Shown here in pieces: positions 31,005 through 40,054 of a stretch of 64,000 nt of DNA. The translations under genes and the position numbers were made by a program. Every line of letters begins with the position of its first letter. Within the stretch, counting starts at the first letter, position 1. The stretch covers positions 478,036 through 542,035 of the forward strand of contig NC_019683.1 in the NCBI RefSeq assembly GCF_000316605.1, read 5' to 3'. The notes beneath the pieces were generated by a model, which saw only the letters and a program-made list of their open reading frames with translations, was not told the DNA's origin and searched no databases. Source of the stretch: [Leptolyngbya] sp. PCC 7376 (GTDB lineage Bacteria; Cyanobacteriota; Cyanobacteriia; Cyanobacteriales; MRBY01).

Positions 31005-31291
31005 TTTTTCAATAAACTTATTTGACAAATCGTTTTAAGCAATTAGTAAGATATTCACTTTTAGATAAACGGCTGTTATCAGTTATTGATAGATTCTATG
31101 AATTGTGCAATTTCTTTGGGCGATCGCAGATGATAGACAGCTTTAGTTTCTTTGGATTTCTCGATGTTTGGTGGTGGAAGTATTGGGATGAGCGAAATAA
31201 TTGGTGAGAAAAACCAACAAATCTATCGCATTAATATTTCGCAGACTTCTTCTGTTTTAATTGTGCAAATCTGCCGACTGATCAATAAGCA

Positions 31292-32710
31292 TTAATCATT
31301 TCCTGAGTTTTTCTCTCTCAAAAAATCTTGAGTGAAATTTGAAACGCCAGCGAGCAGCGCTAAAAGGGGATTGAGTGCACTTTCTTGGGCATCAGCAGAA
31401 ATAATTGTTGTTCGTTGTTCTTGGGGAGCAGGCAAGTTCTTTGCAATTTCTGGTAACTGAGTGATCAATCGTGCCTGAAGATTTGCTTCCGATAATTCAT
31501 TTTCAATTTCCCGCTGCTTCCGATCCAATTCTAGTTGGCGATCGCCCTGAGCCATTTTTGTGGTGTGACGCAGCTCTGCGATATCCAAATTAGCTGCAAC
31601 CTCAGCACGATTCTTTTCAGCTTCGATTGCGTCTAACTGCATTTGCTGTTGTAACTTGTCTATTTCCGCTGTAATTTGTTGTTGTTCCAGTTCTAGCTCT
31701 TGCAACGCCAACTCTAAACGGGCTTGATTTTTCGCTTGGGCAGTACGATTTTGTTCTGCCAACATTTGCCGTTCAGCTTCCTGTTCAACTTGGTTCCGTC
31801 GTAACTTTTCTGCTTGTTCCCGGTCATAGGCAACCCGCGCTTGTTGAGCTTGCAACTGTTCAATTTCACTCGTAACGTTTAGGTCGCCCCGTTCACTACT
31901 CAGACGATTGGTTAATTCCCGCTCATTGATTTCTTCTTCGCTTTCGAGTTGCGCTAGCCGAGCCATTTTTGCCCGTTCTGCCCGAAAAGGAGCCTGAAGG
32001 TTTTGCCACAGTTGCGTGGAGCTGACGACTGCTTCTTTGATTTGTACTGTCACAATTTTTAGCCCTAACCCTTCCGATGTATTGAGGCGATCGCCATCAT
32101 TGCGGCTTCCCTCTGCCACCGTCTGCAAACGATGAGTCAACTCTTCAATAATTGACTGTTTATCACTCAAGACATCATTAATGCTGAGGGTTGCGACTTT
32201 ATCTTTAATTGCAGCTTCGGCTTGCTCCCTCAGTTGTACATTCACAATGCCCATGGGATCTTCTGGATCTGAAAAATCAAGCTTCCAATAGGCAGTATCA
32301 ATATCATCAATGATCCACTGCACATAGGCTTGCACCAAAATCCCTTGCCGCTCGATGCAAATACAATTGGCATTAATCAAGATGGTTTGTACCGCAGCCG
32401 GAATAACGAGAAATGCATCAGTTAGGGGATTAAACCGAAACGAAATACCTTTACCAATATGAATCGGCTGCTGATGTCCACGACGCGTATGCACAATGTA
32501 TACATTAGGCGGAACAATGACACTTTTCCAAAGCCAGAAACCTGTAATGCGATAATCGATAGCTCTGTGGATGGGCTGTGGAATTACCGCACCAGTATTG
32601 GATTGGGGAATAGGAGAGGATGGCGCACGACGTCGAAGTTTCCGATCGATTTCTGCTTTTTCTTGTAAGACTTGCTGAAGATATTTATTCTCGCCCTTTT
32701 TTTTATCCAT
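31292..32710 (-). CDS. SPFH/band-7 (flotillin-like) domain protein with long C-terminal coiled coil
   Basis: N-terminal SPFH core (GIVNVQLREQAEAAIKDKVATLSINDVL...), extended EA-rich coiled-coil, 472 aa. Confidence 0.75.
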   Translation of the reverse strand: MDKKKGENKYLQQVLQEKAEIDRKLRRRAPSSPIPQSNTGAVIPQPIHRAIDYRITGFWLWKSVIVPPNVYIVHTRRGHQQPIHIGKGISFRFNPLTDAFLVIPAAVQTILINANCICIERQGILVQAYVQWIIDDIDTAYWKLDFSDPEDPMGIVNVQLREQAEAAIKDKVATLSINDVLSDKQSIIEELTHRLQTVAEGSRNDGDRLNTSEGLGLKIVTVQIKEAVVSSTQLWQNLQAPFRAERAKMARLAQLESEEEINERELTNRLSSERGDLNVTSEIEQLQAQQARVAYDREQAEKLRRNQVEQEAERQMLAEQNRTAQAKNQARLELALQELELEQQQITAEIDKLQQQMQLDAIEAEKNRAEVAANLDIAELRHTTKMAQGDRQLELDRKQREIENELSEANLQARLITQLPEIAKNLPAPQEQRTTIISADAQESALNPLLALLAGVSNFTQDFLREKNSGND

Positions 32711-32927
32711 AGTGACTTCTTTTCTCTCTATCGGTTTTGAGGTCGCTTTATGCCTTCTGTAAGTTCACCATAACGAAGTTTTTTTGCATTGTTCCTTGCC
32801 ACAAAAAATATTTATCTTATTTGTCTCGCTTTCCACTGTTCATTAGAGGCCGTAGCACAAAGGAATGAAGCAAATGATCAATGGCTACCGTCACTCTCAC
32901 GGGCTGCATTAGTTTGACAGTGAGTCG

Positions 32928-33338
32928 ATGAATTGTTTGATTTGTTTGGGTGATCGCTTTGCCGATCAGTCAGTGGGAATCATTCTGAGTGGCGGAAATA
33001 TTGATTTGCCGATTTTGTCTCGCATTGTGCAGCAAGGATTAGTGCGTTCTGGCCAATTAGTCCGGCTAAATGTCGATGTAAAGGATTTGCCCGGAAGATT
33101 AGCCGCAGTCTCTCAATGTATTGGTGATGCCGGTGCGAATATTATCGAAGTTCAACATCAGCGAGCTTTTACCAGTTTGCCGCTTCAGTCTGTCAATATT
33201 CAGTTTGTGTTGCAGACGCGGGGAACGGAACACCTCCAGAAAATTATTTCTGCGCTTTCTAAAGAAGGTTATGCGATTCACTCTTCCCAGCAAGTAGACT
33301 TACAAGATTCTCCACTAGAGATTCTGAGTTGTGCTTGA
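32928..33338 (+). pseudogene. duplicated 3' fragment of threonine dehydratase gene (C-terminal approximately 135 codons)
   Basis: about 90% aa identity to residues about 270-404 of the intact ilvA at 25471..26685; no upstream catalytic domain. Confidence 0.8.
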
Positions 33339-33349
33339 AATGAACGAAG

Positions 33350-33481
33350 AAAAGATGCGTGAGGCGATCGCCCAAAACCTTTAGCGGTAAATTGCTCCGG
33401 TAACGCCTGCAATTTCTGTAGAACAAGGGAGCCAGTTCGTCCCGTTGCACCAGTCACCAAAACTTTTAAAGTATTTGTCAT
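33350..33481 (-). pseudogene. second truncated 5' fragment of NAD(P)H-binding SDR gene
   Basis: MTNTLKVLVTGATGRTGSLVLQKLQALPEQFTAKGFGRSP then divergence; DNA about 85% identical to 29400..29546. Confidence 0.7.
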
Positions 33482-33629
33482 CTTGATTTGTCTACTAGCG
33501 AGAGTAGTCGGTCAACTGTATAGTTGAAGTGAGTTGAATCAACAACAGATTGATGTGTTTATAAAATAGTTGATTCTTGATACAAAAACTGTATTCAAGT
33601 GAAGCACTATTATGAAGTTCTCTGTTCCA

Positions 33630-34691
33630 CTATAGGTCTATAATCCGATCCTGACATGCTGGACAGAAAGATACGTCATCATCTTCGAGTATCTGTAAAA
33701 TTTCTCTTTCTGAAAGCTCAGTTCTGCACTCACCTTTTTCCCACTCACCCATATACTCTAAATAAAATTGATCGCACATTGAGCATATATAGCCTTTGTA
33801 TTTTGAACGACAATTATAACAATGAGTGATCATGGAATATGTTCTCGGATCTGGTAGAACAACTGCTTCCTCGCTACATAGCTCACAAGTGTAGAATGTA
33901 TGATCAACTCTTCTCTTTGGATGCAGTGGTATACCTTGATCTGACAAAGAATGTATATAAGATAAAAAAGCAAGTGAAAGTGTTTTATAGCTGTCTTGAT
34001 CTTGTATATTCTCTTCTGAAACACCGGCTTCAATCAACTCATTTATTCGAAGTTCATCAAGCTCTTCTAATTTCTCAGACAAACTTATTCCGAGCTCTAA
34101 ACTAACGAAGTCATCCAAAAAGCGAAATGCTACACCTAAGAAACTTTCAACATCACTTTTGCTAATCTCAACTTCTTTATGTTCAATATTATTTCTTGAT
34201 TGTCGTAATTCTTCTAATTCTCTAGAAAATTGATATTCGACTTTTTGAAATTTAACATGTTTGTCAAGATTAATTACACACCAATTGAGTAAACATAGCT
34301 CTAGCAAAGTGTCTTTTAAGCTTGGAGTATTTTGTACCACACAATATTTTTTCCAGTAAAGTGATAAAAGAGTCCTATGTTTATCTGCTTTCTTACTATT
34401 TGATATGCGCTCTATATAACCACTTAGTGGAATATTTGCTTCATCGATTAAGCGTTTTACTGCTTCTGAACAATTAATGGTATGTCCATTTTTTCGATTG
34501 CTATAGATAAGCTTCTCATCATATTTAGCAAGTCTAGCTTTCAACATAAGTTCGACTGCATGAAAAACATGCAGAATTGTGTACTTCCAATCTGATTTTC
34601 GTTTTCCATGGAGATAATGTTCAATGCCATGAACAAGAGAGTCGAGAGCATTTTCTTCAAGAGTTATTACTAGCTTTTGTTTCTCTTCCAT
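33630..34691 (-). CDS. hypothetical protein with C-terminal 4x CxxC zinc-ribbon region; AT-rich, likely horizontally acquired
   Basis: 353 aa; GC visibly lower than surroundings, no HIP1 inside; CELC, CYNC, CSMC, CPAC motifs in last 80 aa. Confidence 0.4.
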   Translation of the reverse strand: MEEKQKLVITLEENALDSLVHGIEHYLHGKRKSDWKYTILHVFHAVELMLKARLAKYDEKLIYSNRKNGHTINCSEAVKRLIDEANIPLSGYIERISNSKKADKHRTLLSLYWKKYCVVQNTPSLKDTLLELCLLNWCVINLDKHVKFQKVEYQFSRELEELRQSRNNIEHKEVEISKSDVESFLGVAFRFLDDFVSLELGISLSEKLEELDELRINELIEAGVSEENIQDQDSYKTLSLAFLSYIHSLSDQGIPLHPKRRVDHTFYTCELCSEEAVVLPDPRTYSMITHCYNCRSKYKGYICSMCDQFYLEYMGEWEKGECRTELSEREILQILEDDDVSFCPACQDRIIDL

Positions 34692-34694
34692 AAT

Positions 34695-35207
34695 TCAACT
34701 CAGTGATTTTACGAATTGAGTGATTTCTTTGGGCGATCGCAGATGGTAGACATTTTTAGTTGTCTTTGATTTCTCTACATACTCTCGATATTTCGGAGTG
34801 AGGTACTTTTCGCAGAGATAAAGAGTTTTGTAGCTATTCATCGAACTTTTCCAAAGGGGACTATTCTCTGGCCAACCTTTAGGGGGATGAATATAACCCG
34901 TGATAAATCGCTTGGTTACCCACCAAAAATGTATATAGATCGGCAAGTCGATATAAACGAGAGTATCGGCAATATCCAGTCGTTGCCACAGCAATTTTGG
35001 ATTGCCGAAGCCATCAATAACCCATCTTTCACTATCTAGAATTCTTTGATGAGCTTGTGTGAATTCTTCAGGAGAGACGGGGATTCCACCCGATTTAAAT
35101 TGAACTTTATCTAAGACATGTAATGGTAAACCTGTGACTGCGGCGATCTGTCTGCTAAGAGTTGATTTTCCGCCGCCAGTATTACCAAAAACTGCAACTC
35201 TGTTCAT
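34695..35207 (-). CDS. P-loop NTPase, adenylate-kinase/topology-modulation-protein-like
   Basis: Walker A GNTGGGKST at N-terminus; 170 aa; 3 nt from upstream gene. Confidence 0.55.
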   Translation of the reverse strand: MNRVAVFGNTGGGKSTLSRQIAAVTGLPLHVLDKVQFKSGGIPVSPEEFTQAHQRILDSERWVIDGFGNPKLLWQRLDIADTLVYIDLPIYIHFWWVTKRFITGYIHPPKGWPENSPLWKSSMNSYKTLYLCEKYLTPKYREYVEKSKTTKNVYHLRSPKEITQFVKSLS

Positions 35208-35224
35208 TTTTTCTGCAAAAAATA

Positions 35225-36160
35225 TTAGTGCACTCGAAAAGCTTTTGGGGTCATTCCGGTCATTTTGCGGAATTTATTCGTTAAATGACTATGGCTATTA
35301 AAACCGCACTCTAGGGCAATATCTGTAATTAAATAATCGGTATTTTTTAAAAGTCTTTTTGCCCGTTCGACTCGCTGCTGAATGAGATATTGATAGGGAG
35401 ATAGACCGATAGATTGTTTAAACAGGCGGCCAAAATGAAATTGGCTCATATCTAATAGTTGAGCAAGGTCAGTGAGCTTAATATCCTGTTCTAGTGAGCT
35501 GTCGATATAGTCCAAAATTTGGCTCAGTTGATGTGGAGGCAAACCGCCTTCATAGGTTTTGATTTTTGGCTTTTTCGTTGTGTATTGACGCAGTAAATTG
35601 ACGGTAAAAATATTGGCGAGGGAGTCAATATATAGCTGACTAGTGGGTTGATTTTGCTCTAATTCAGTTAGCAACATCATGGCGATCGCCTCGACTTGAG
35701 TATTGCGTGTGCGAAATTCTGTGATGAGGGAAATGCGATCAGGATCGGTGTTGAGACTTTCTGTGGCGACGGTGCGTAAAAATTGATCGCTGAGACGAAT
35801 TTGCAAAAGATGATCGTCGGTTTCCCAGCGGGCAAAAAAACGGGATTGGGCTGGGGTGATAACCATGTCCCCTTTGCCATACATCCCTGTATAAGTTTTG
35901 TCGTCTTGTTTTTGCAATAGATGCACAGGGCGGGGCGCTAACGACATACAGAGGATGTGATCATTTGGCGCGGTCGAGTCACATTCCCCGGCGGGATGGC
36001 GCATATGGGCAAGCTGGATGTTTTGCCAGCTCTGGGTTTCGTCGGATGAATGGAAGAAAAAATTGCCTTGGTCTGGCTCGGAAGAAGGACTATTCATTGC
36101 ACCAATGCCGTTCGTCTTGCCTCGATTGTAAAGGGGTTCTCGATGTTTGCATGCAACCAC
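35225..36160 (-). CDS. AraC-family transcriptional regulator with N-terminal cupin-like sensor domain
   Basis: C-terminal double HTH (LTDLAQLLDMSQFHFGRLFKQSIGLSPYQYL...FNSHSHLTNKFRKMTGMTPKAF). Confidence 0.8.
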   Translation of the reverse strand: MVACKHREPLYNRGKTNGIGAMNSPSSEPDQGNFFFHSSDETQSWQNIQLAHMRHPAGECDSTAPNDHILCMSLAPRPVHLLQKQDDKTYTGMYGKGDMVITPAQSRFFARWETDDHLLQIRLSDQFLRTVATESLNTDPDRISLITEFRTRNTQVEAIAMMLLTELEQNQPTSQLYIDSLANIFTVNLLRQYTTKKPKIKTYEGGLPPHQLSQILDYIDSSLEQDIKLTDLAQLLDMSQFHFGRLFKQSIGLSPYQYLIQQRVERAKRLLKNTDYLITDIALECGFNSHSHLTNKFRKMTGMTPKAFRVH

Positions 36161-36269
36161 CGCAAAAAACTTGTCGCAAGATCATGATAGTTCCACAAGA
36201 ATGTGCAAGTTTCAAAAAGTTGTTTTGCCTAATCTGAAAGAGTCAATTTCAAACGAAGGACAGAAACAA

Positions 36270-36899
36270 ATGAAAGTCGTAATTTTTGGTGCTACTGGAA
36301 CAGTTGGTCATCAGGTTGTGGAGCAGGCTTTGGCGCAAGGTCATGAGGTAACTGCTTTTTCTCGCCATCCTGAAAAGCTAGAGATTCCACAGAAAAACTT
36401 GCAACTTTTTGCGGGGGATGTGATGGATTCTTCAACTGTTGAGAAGGCGATCGCCGGACAAGATGCGGTGGTTTGTGTGTTGGGTTCAGGCAAAAAACTG
36501 TCGGGTCATGTGCGTTCGGAAGGCACTCGCAACATTATCCAAGCGATGGAAAAAACTGGGGTGCGTCGCCTCATTTGTCAGTCTACGCTCGGTGCGGGTG
36601 AAAGCTGGAATAACCTCGATTTCTATTGGAAATACGTGATGTTTGGGTTCATCCTCAGAAAGGTTTTCGCAGATCATCTGGTTCAGGAAGAGCTTGTTGC
36701 CCAGAGTCAACTCGATTGGACAATTGTTCGTCCCAGCGCTTTTATCGACGGCGATCGCACTGGAAATTATCGCCATGGTTTTCCGACGGATGATCGCACT
36801 ATCACTCTCAAAATCTCCACGGCAGATGTCGCAGACTTTCTATTGCAGCAGCTCACTAACTCTCTCTACATCGGCAAAACTCCGGGCTTGTCCTACTAA
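36270..36899 (+). CDS. NAD(P)H-binding oxidoreductase (atypical SDR, NmrA/BVR-like)
   Basis: MKVVIFGATGTVGHQVVEQAL Rossmann start at ATG 36270; divergent from AraC regulator. Confidence 0.75.
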   Translation: MKVVIFGATGTVGHQVVEQALAQGHEVTAFSRHPEKLEIPQKNLQLFAGDVMDSSTVEKAIAGQDAVVCVLGSGKKLSGHVRSEGTRNIIQAMEKTGVRRLICQSTLGAGESWNNLDFYWKYVMFGFILRKVFADHLVQEELVAQSQLDWTIVRPSAFIDGDRTGNYRHGFPTDDRTITLKISTADVADFLLQQLTNSLYIGKTPGLSY

Positions 36900-36949
36900 T
36901 CACCAAGCAATTTCACAACTTCTAAATCACATTATTTTCGAGGACTATT

Positions 36950-37432
36950 ATGGACATTTTTCAAACTTGGCGATCGCCCCTAATCCTTTTTGCAGCGGTG
37001 GGTTGTGCTGTTAGCGGTGGTATTTTCTACGCGTTTTCAACCTTTGTGATGCAAGCCCTCGGTGAACAACCCTCGGCATCGGGCATTGCAACCATGCAAT
37101 CGATCAACATCACGGTGATTAATCCCTTGTTTATGGCTGCATTTTTCCTGCCTGCGGTCGCTTCCTTAATCTTGGCGATTGCCGCGTTACGAGATTGGAG
37201 CAATCCAAATTCCAGCTACTTATTGATTGGCAGTTTGCTGTATCTTATTGGCACAATTGGCGTCACCATTGCCGGAAATATCCCGCTCAACGATGCCCTT
37301 GCCGTGGTCAATCCCAGTAGTAATGAAGGTTTTACCCTCTGGACGAAATTTCTTAAAGACTGGACATTGTGGAATCATGTACGCACCATTGCTGGAATGC
37401 TTGCCTCCATCTGTTTTGCGATCGCCCGTTAG
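36950..37432 (+). CDS. DUF1772-like (anthrone-oxygenase-like) 4-TM membrane protein
   Basis: 160 aa, four predicted TM helices, family resemblance. Confidence 0.45.
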   Translation: MDIFQTWRSPLILFAAVGCAVSGGIFYAFSTFVMQALGEQPSASGIATMQSINITVINPLFMAAFFLPAVASLILAIAALRDWSNPNSSYLLIGSLLYLIGTIGVTIAGNIPLNDALAVVNPSSNEGFTLWTKFLKDWTLWNHVRTIAGMLASICFAIAR

Positions 37433-37861
37433 TTGGAGCAAAAAATCATGAAAGACGCAATATCTTTAAAACTCGTTTTGGCCATTGATGCCCTTGTGGC
37501 GATCGCCGTCGGTGCAATGATTCAATTATCCCCAGCCGACTTCTATGCCATGAACCACATTGATATCGGCGAAAACTTGAATTTACTCAGCGAAATTCGT
37601 GCTCCAGCAATGGCGTTATTGTCCTATGGCATTTTGATTCTGGCAGGCATCTTTATCTCGCGACTGACCTTCACCGCAACATTGCTCGCCAGTACTTTTT
37701 ATCTCTCCTATGGTGTCGCTAGGATTGTGAGTATTGGTCTTGATGGATGGCCGAGTGAATCATTAATCACAGCTGCCGTTATCGAGATAGTGCTTGGTTT
37801 AGCTTCGTTATTTTGCCTCTGGAAATATGCCAATGTTCCAAATTTAGGAGAACAACAATAA
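37433..37861 (+). CDS. small 4-TM membrane protein, hypothetical
   Basis: 142 aa hydrophobic ORF immediately following previous gene. Confidence 0.4.
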   Translation: MEQKIMKDAISLKLVLAIDALVAIAVGAMIQLSPADFYAMNHIDIGENLNLLSEIRAPAMALLSYGILILAGIFISRLTFTATLLASTFYLSYGVARIVSIGLDGWPSESLITAAVIEIVLGLASLFCLWKYANVPNLGEQQ

Positions 37862-37904
37862 TTAGGAATGGAAATAACAGGAAAATTGGCGATCGCCCGC
37901 TAGC

Positions 37905-38360
37905 CTAACCAATTAGCTCATCTTTGACTTCAAACTTGAGATTGTTTTCATCCAGATCGTAGAGCAGATGTAACCAACAATTTCCATCTTTCCCTGTCGC
38001 ACTTTTATATGACAATAGCCATTGCCGCATCTGCTCAAATCCATGCTCATCAAGCAACTTTTTTACCGCACTGACAGAAGTTCTTGGGACAGGATAAACT
38101 ATGATTTTCCATTTTGGGTCATACCAACCTTGCTCGATACTTTTGTTATCACTGCTCAAATTGACTCGCCGATAGGAATAGCCAATCCGTAAAATACAAC
38201 AAGGATTTTCTAGCTTATTTGGGTGTTGGCAAGAGTCGAAAAATGCAACCGATAACTCCTCAAATTGTGGTGTATCTTTCAAAGCTTCTGAAAGTTTTCC
38301 CGCACTAGTTGGGTAAGACATTAAATGTGAGAGTTTACTTTTGTAGCGCGTTGGAATCAT
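37905..38360 (-). CDS. hypothetical protein (151 aa)
   Basis: ORF only. Confidence 0.35.
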   Translation of the reverse strand: MIPTRYKSKLSHLMSYPTSAGKLSEALKDTPQFEELSVAFFDSCQHPNKLENPCCILRIGYSYRRVNLSSDNKSIEQGWYDPKWKIIVYPVPRTSVSAVKKLLDEHGFEQMRQWLLSYKSATGKDGNCWLHLLYDLDENNLKFEVKDELIG

Positions 38361-38552
38361 GATTTTTCACCAATACATCGCATTACCAATTTTTTTGTTT
38401 TAGCTGAAATCTTCGGCACAGTATTTCAATCCTCAACGATCTTTCCATTATCATCCAGGGATATGAGGTATCTATCGCCATAAAAATATGAAGACAATCA
38501 CGATCACGATTCTGATTCACAGCTTGCAGAAAATAACAGGAGGCGATCGCTG

Positions 38553-38999
38553 ATGTTGTTTAAAATTTTGGTGATTTTACATACCCTCGGCGCAACTGTT
38601 TGGACTGGAGGACATCTCGTTCTTGCTGCCACGGTACTACCCCAAGCTCTCAAACACCGAGATCCTGATCGCATCCATCAATTTGAATCACACTTTGAGA
38701 ACTTTGGTTTGGCAGCGTTACTCCTTCAGGTCATTACTGGTCTGGGACTCACTTGGATTTATTTTCCCGGACTCGAAACCTTCTGGGCATTTGATTCATT
38801 TCTCTCCACCTATATCGGCATCAAATTGCTATTGCTACTAGGCACATTGGCATTAGCTATCCATGCTCGCTTTTTTATCATCCCCAACCTCACCTCTGAA
38901 ACCTTGAATTCTTTAGCATTCCATATTGTGGGTGTGACGACCCTCGCTGTTTTATTTGTCATCATGGGAGCAGGCATTCGCTTGGGCGGACTCACCTAA
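38553..38999 (+). CDS. membrane protein, CopD-like / hypothetical
   Basis: 148 aa, 4 TM helices. Confidence 0.35.
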   Translation: MLFKILVILHTLGATVWTGGHLVLAATVLPQALKHRDPDRIHQFESHFENFGLAALLLQVITGLGLTWIYFPGLETFWAFDSFLSTYIGIKLLLLLGTLALAIHARFFIIPNLTSETLNSLAFHIVGVTTLAVLFVIMGAGIRLGGLT

Positions 39000-39049
39000 T
39001 TTTCACCTTATCTCACTGGGTATCTCTGCAATGAAGATAGGAGACGGCC

Positions 39050-39892
39050 ATGACCCTTTCTAATCCCGACACAACTACTAAACCTGGAGCGGTTACATCC
39101 TCGTCTTCATCCCGTGCTCGGACTTGGTATCGTCCAGTTGTTTCTCCGGAACATGGAGTGTATGTGATTTTGTTGGTGTCTTTTATCACGGGAGCTGCTG
39201 CCGCTCAACGATGGACATTCTTAACCACATTGGCTTTAGTTTGTGCATTTGCTGGGTTTCAGGCAGAGCATCCTTTGGTGTTGCAAATTAAACAACGACG
39301 CAGTTGGAAGCCTCGATTGCTCTTGTGGGGGAGCCTTTATGCTGGGCTATCGTTGGGTGCTGCCATGTATTTATATCTACAAGTTCCCTCATTGTTATGG
39401 ATCTATCTAGGGGCGATCGCCGCTTTGATTATTGATAGCATTGCCGTGTTTTATCGTCGACAAAAGACCGTATTCAATGAAATTTTAACGTTCGCTGCCG
39501 TTTGTTTAGCCGTCCCGTTTACCTATGTTGCTACCACTGGCACTTGGACAATCTCTCTCTTCGGTCTGTGGTGTCTCAATACCTTGTTTTTTAGCAGCAC
39601 TATTTTTACGGTAAAGTTGCGCAAGCCAAAGACTGCTTCACTCATTCCGGCCATGATTTACCATGCGGTCGCCAGTTTGATCATTTTAGGACTGTGGTGG
39701 ATTGGTTGGTTAGCAAGCCTAAGTGCGATCACCTTTACCATTGTTCTCGCGAAATTTAGCTTGATTCTCTGGCAACGGGATTGGTACAAAACGACTCAGA
39801 TCAAAAATGTTGCCTTTTTAGAAACAATCACTGCAATCTTATTTTTAGCCACCACGGCCATCTCCCTATTACCTGCCCATCTTGCCCAATGA
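39050..39892 (+). CDS. polytopic membrane protein, hypothetical
   Basis: 280 aa, about 8 TM helices. Confidence 0.45.
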   Translation: MTLSNPDTTTKPGAVTSSSSSRARTWYRPVVSPEHGVYVILLVSFITGAAAAQRWTFLTTLALVCAFAGFQAEHPLVLQIKQRRSWKPRLLLWGSLYAGLSLGAAMYLYLQVPSLLWIYLGAIAALIIDSIAVFYRRQKTVFNEILTFAAVCLAVPFTYVATTGTWTISLFGLWCLNTLFFSSTIFTVKLRKPKTASLIPAMIYHAVASLIILGLWWIGWLASLSAITFTIVLAKFSLILWQRDWYKTTQIKNVAFLETITAILFLATTAISLLPAHLAQ

Positions 39893-40054
39893 TCTTGGAC
39901 TTACTGAAGTCTTTTCCTCATTGATTTACCAGACTTTGATTTGCATACGATATTGAGCTAAAAACTCGATTTAATACATCGTATTGCCATGTTTCGGTTC
40001 AGCCGGAATTGATGGCTTGAAGAGAGGATACAAAAAGATGTAATTGCCCTACGC

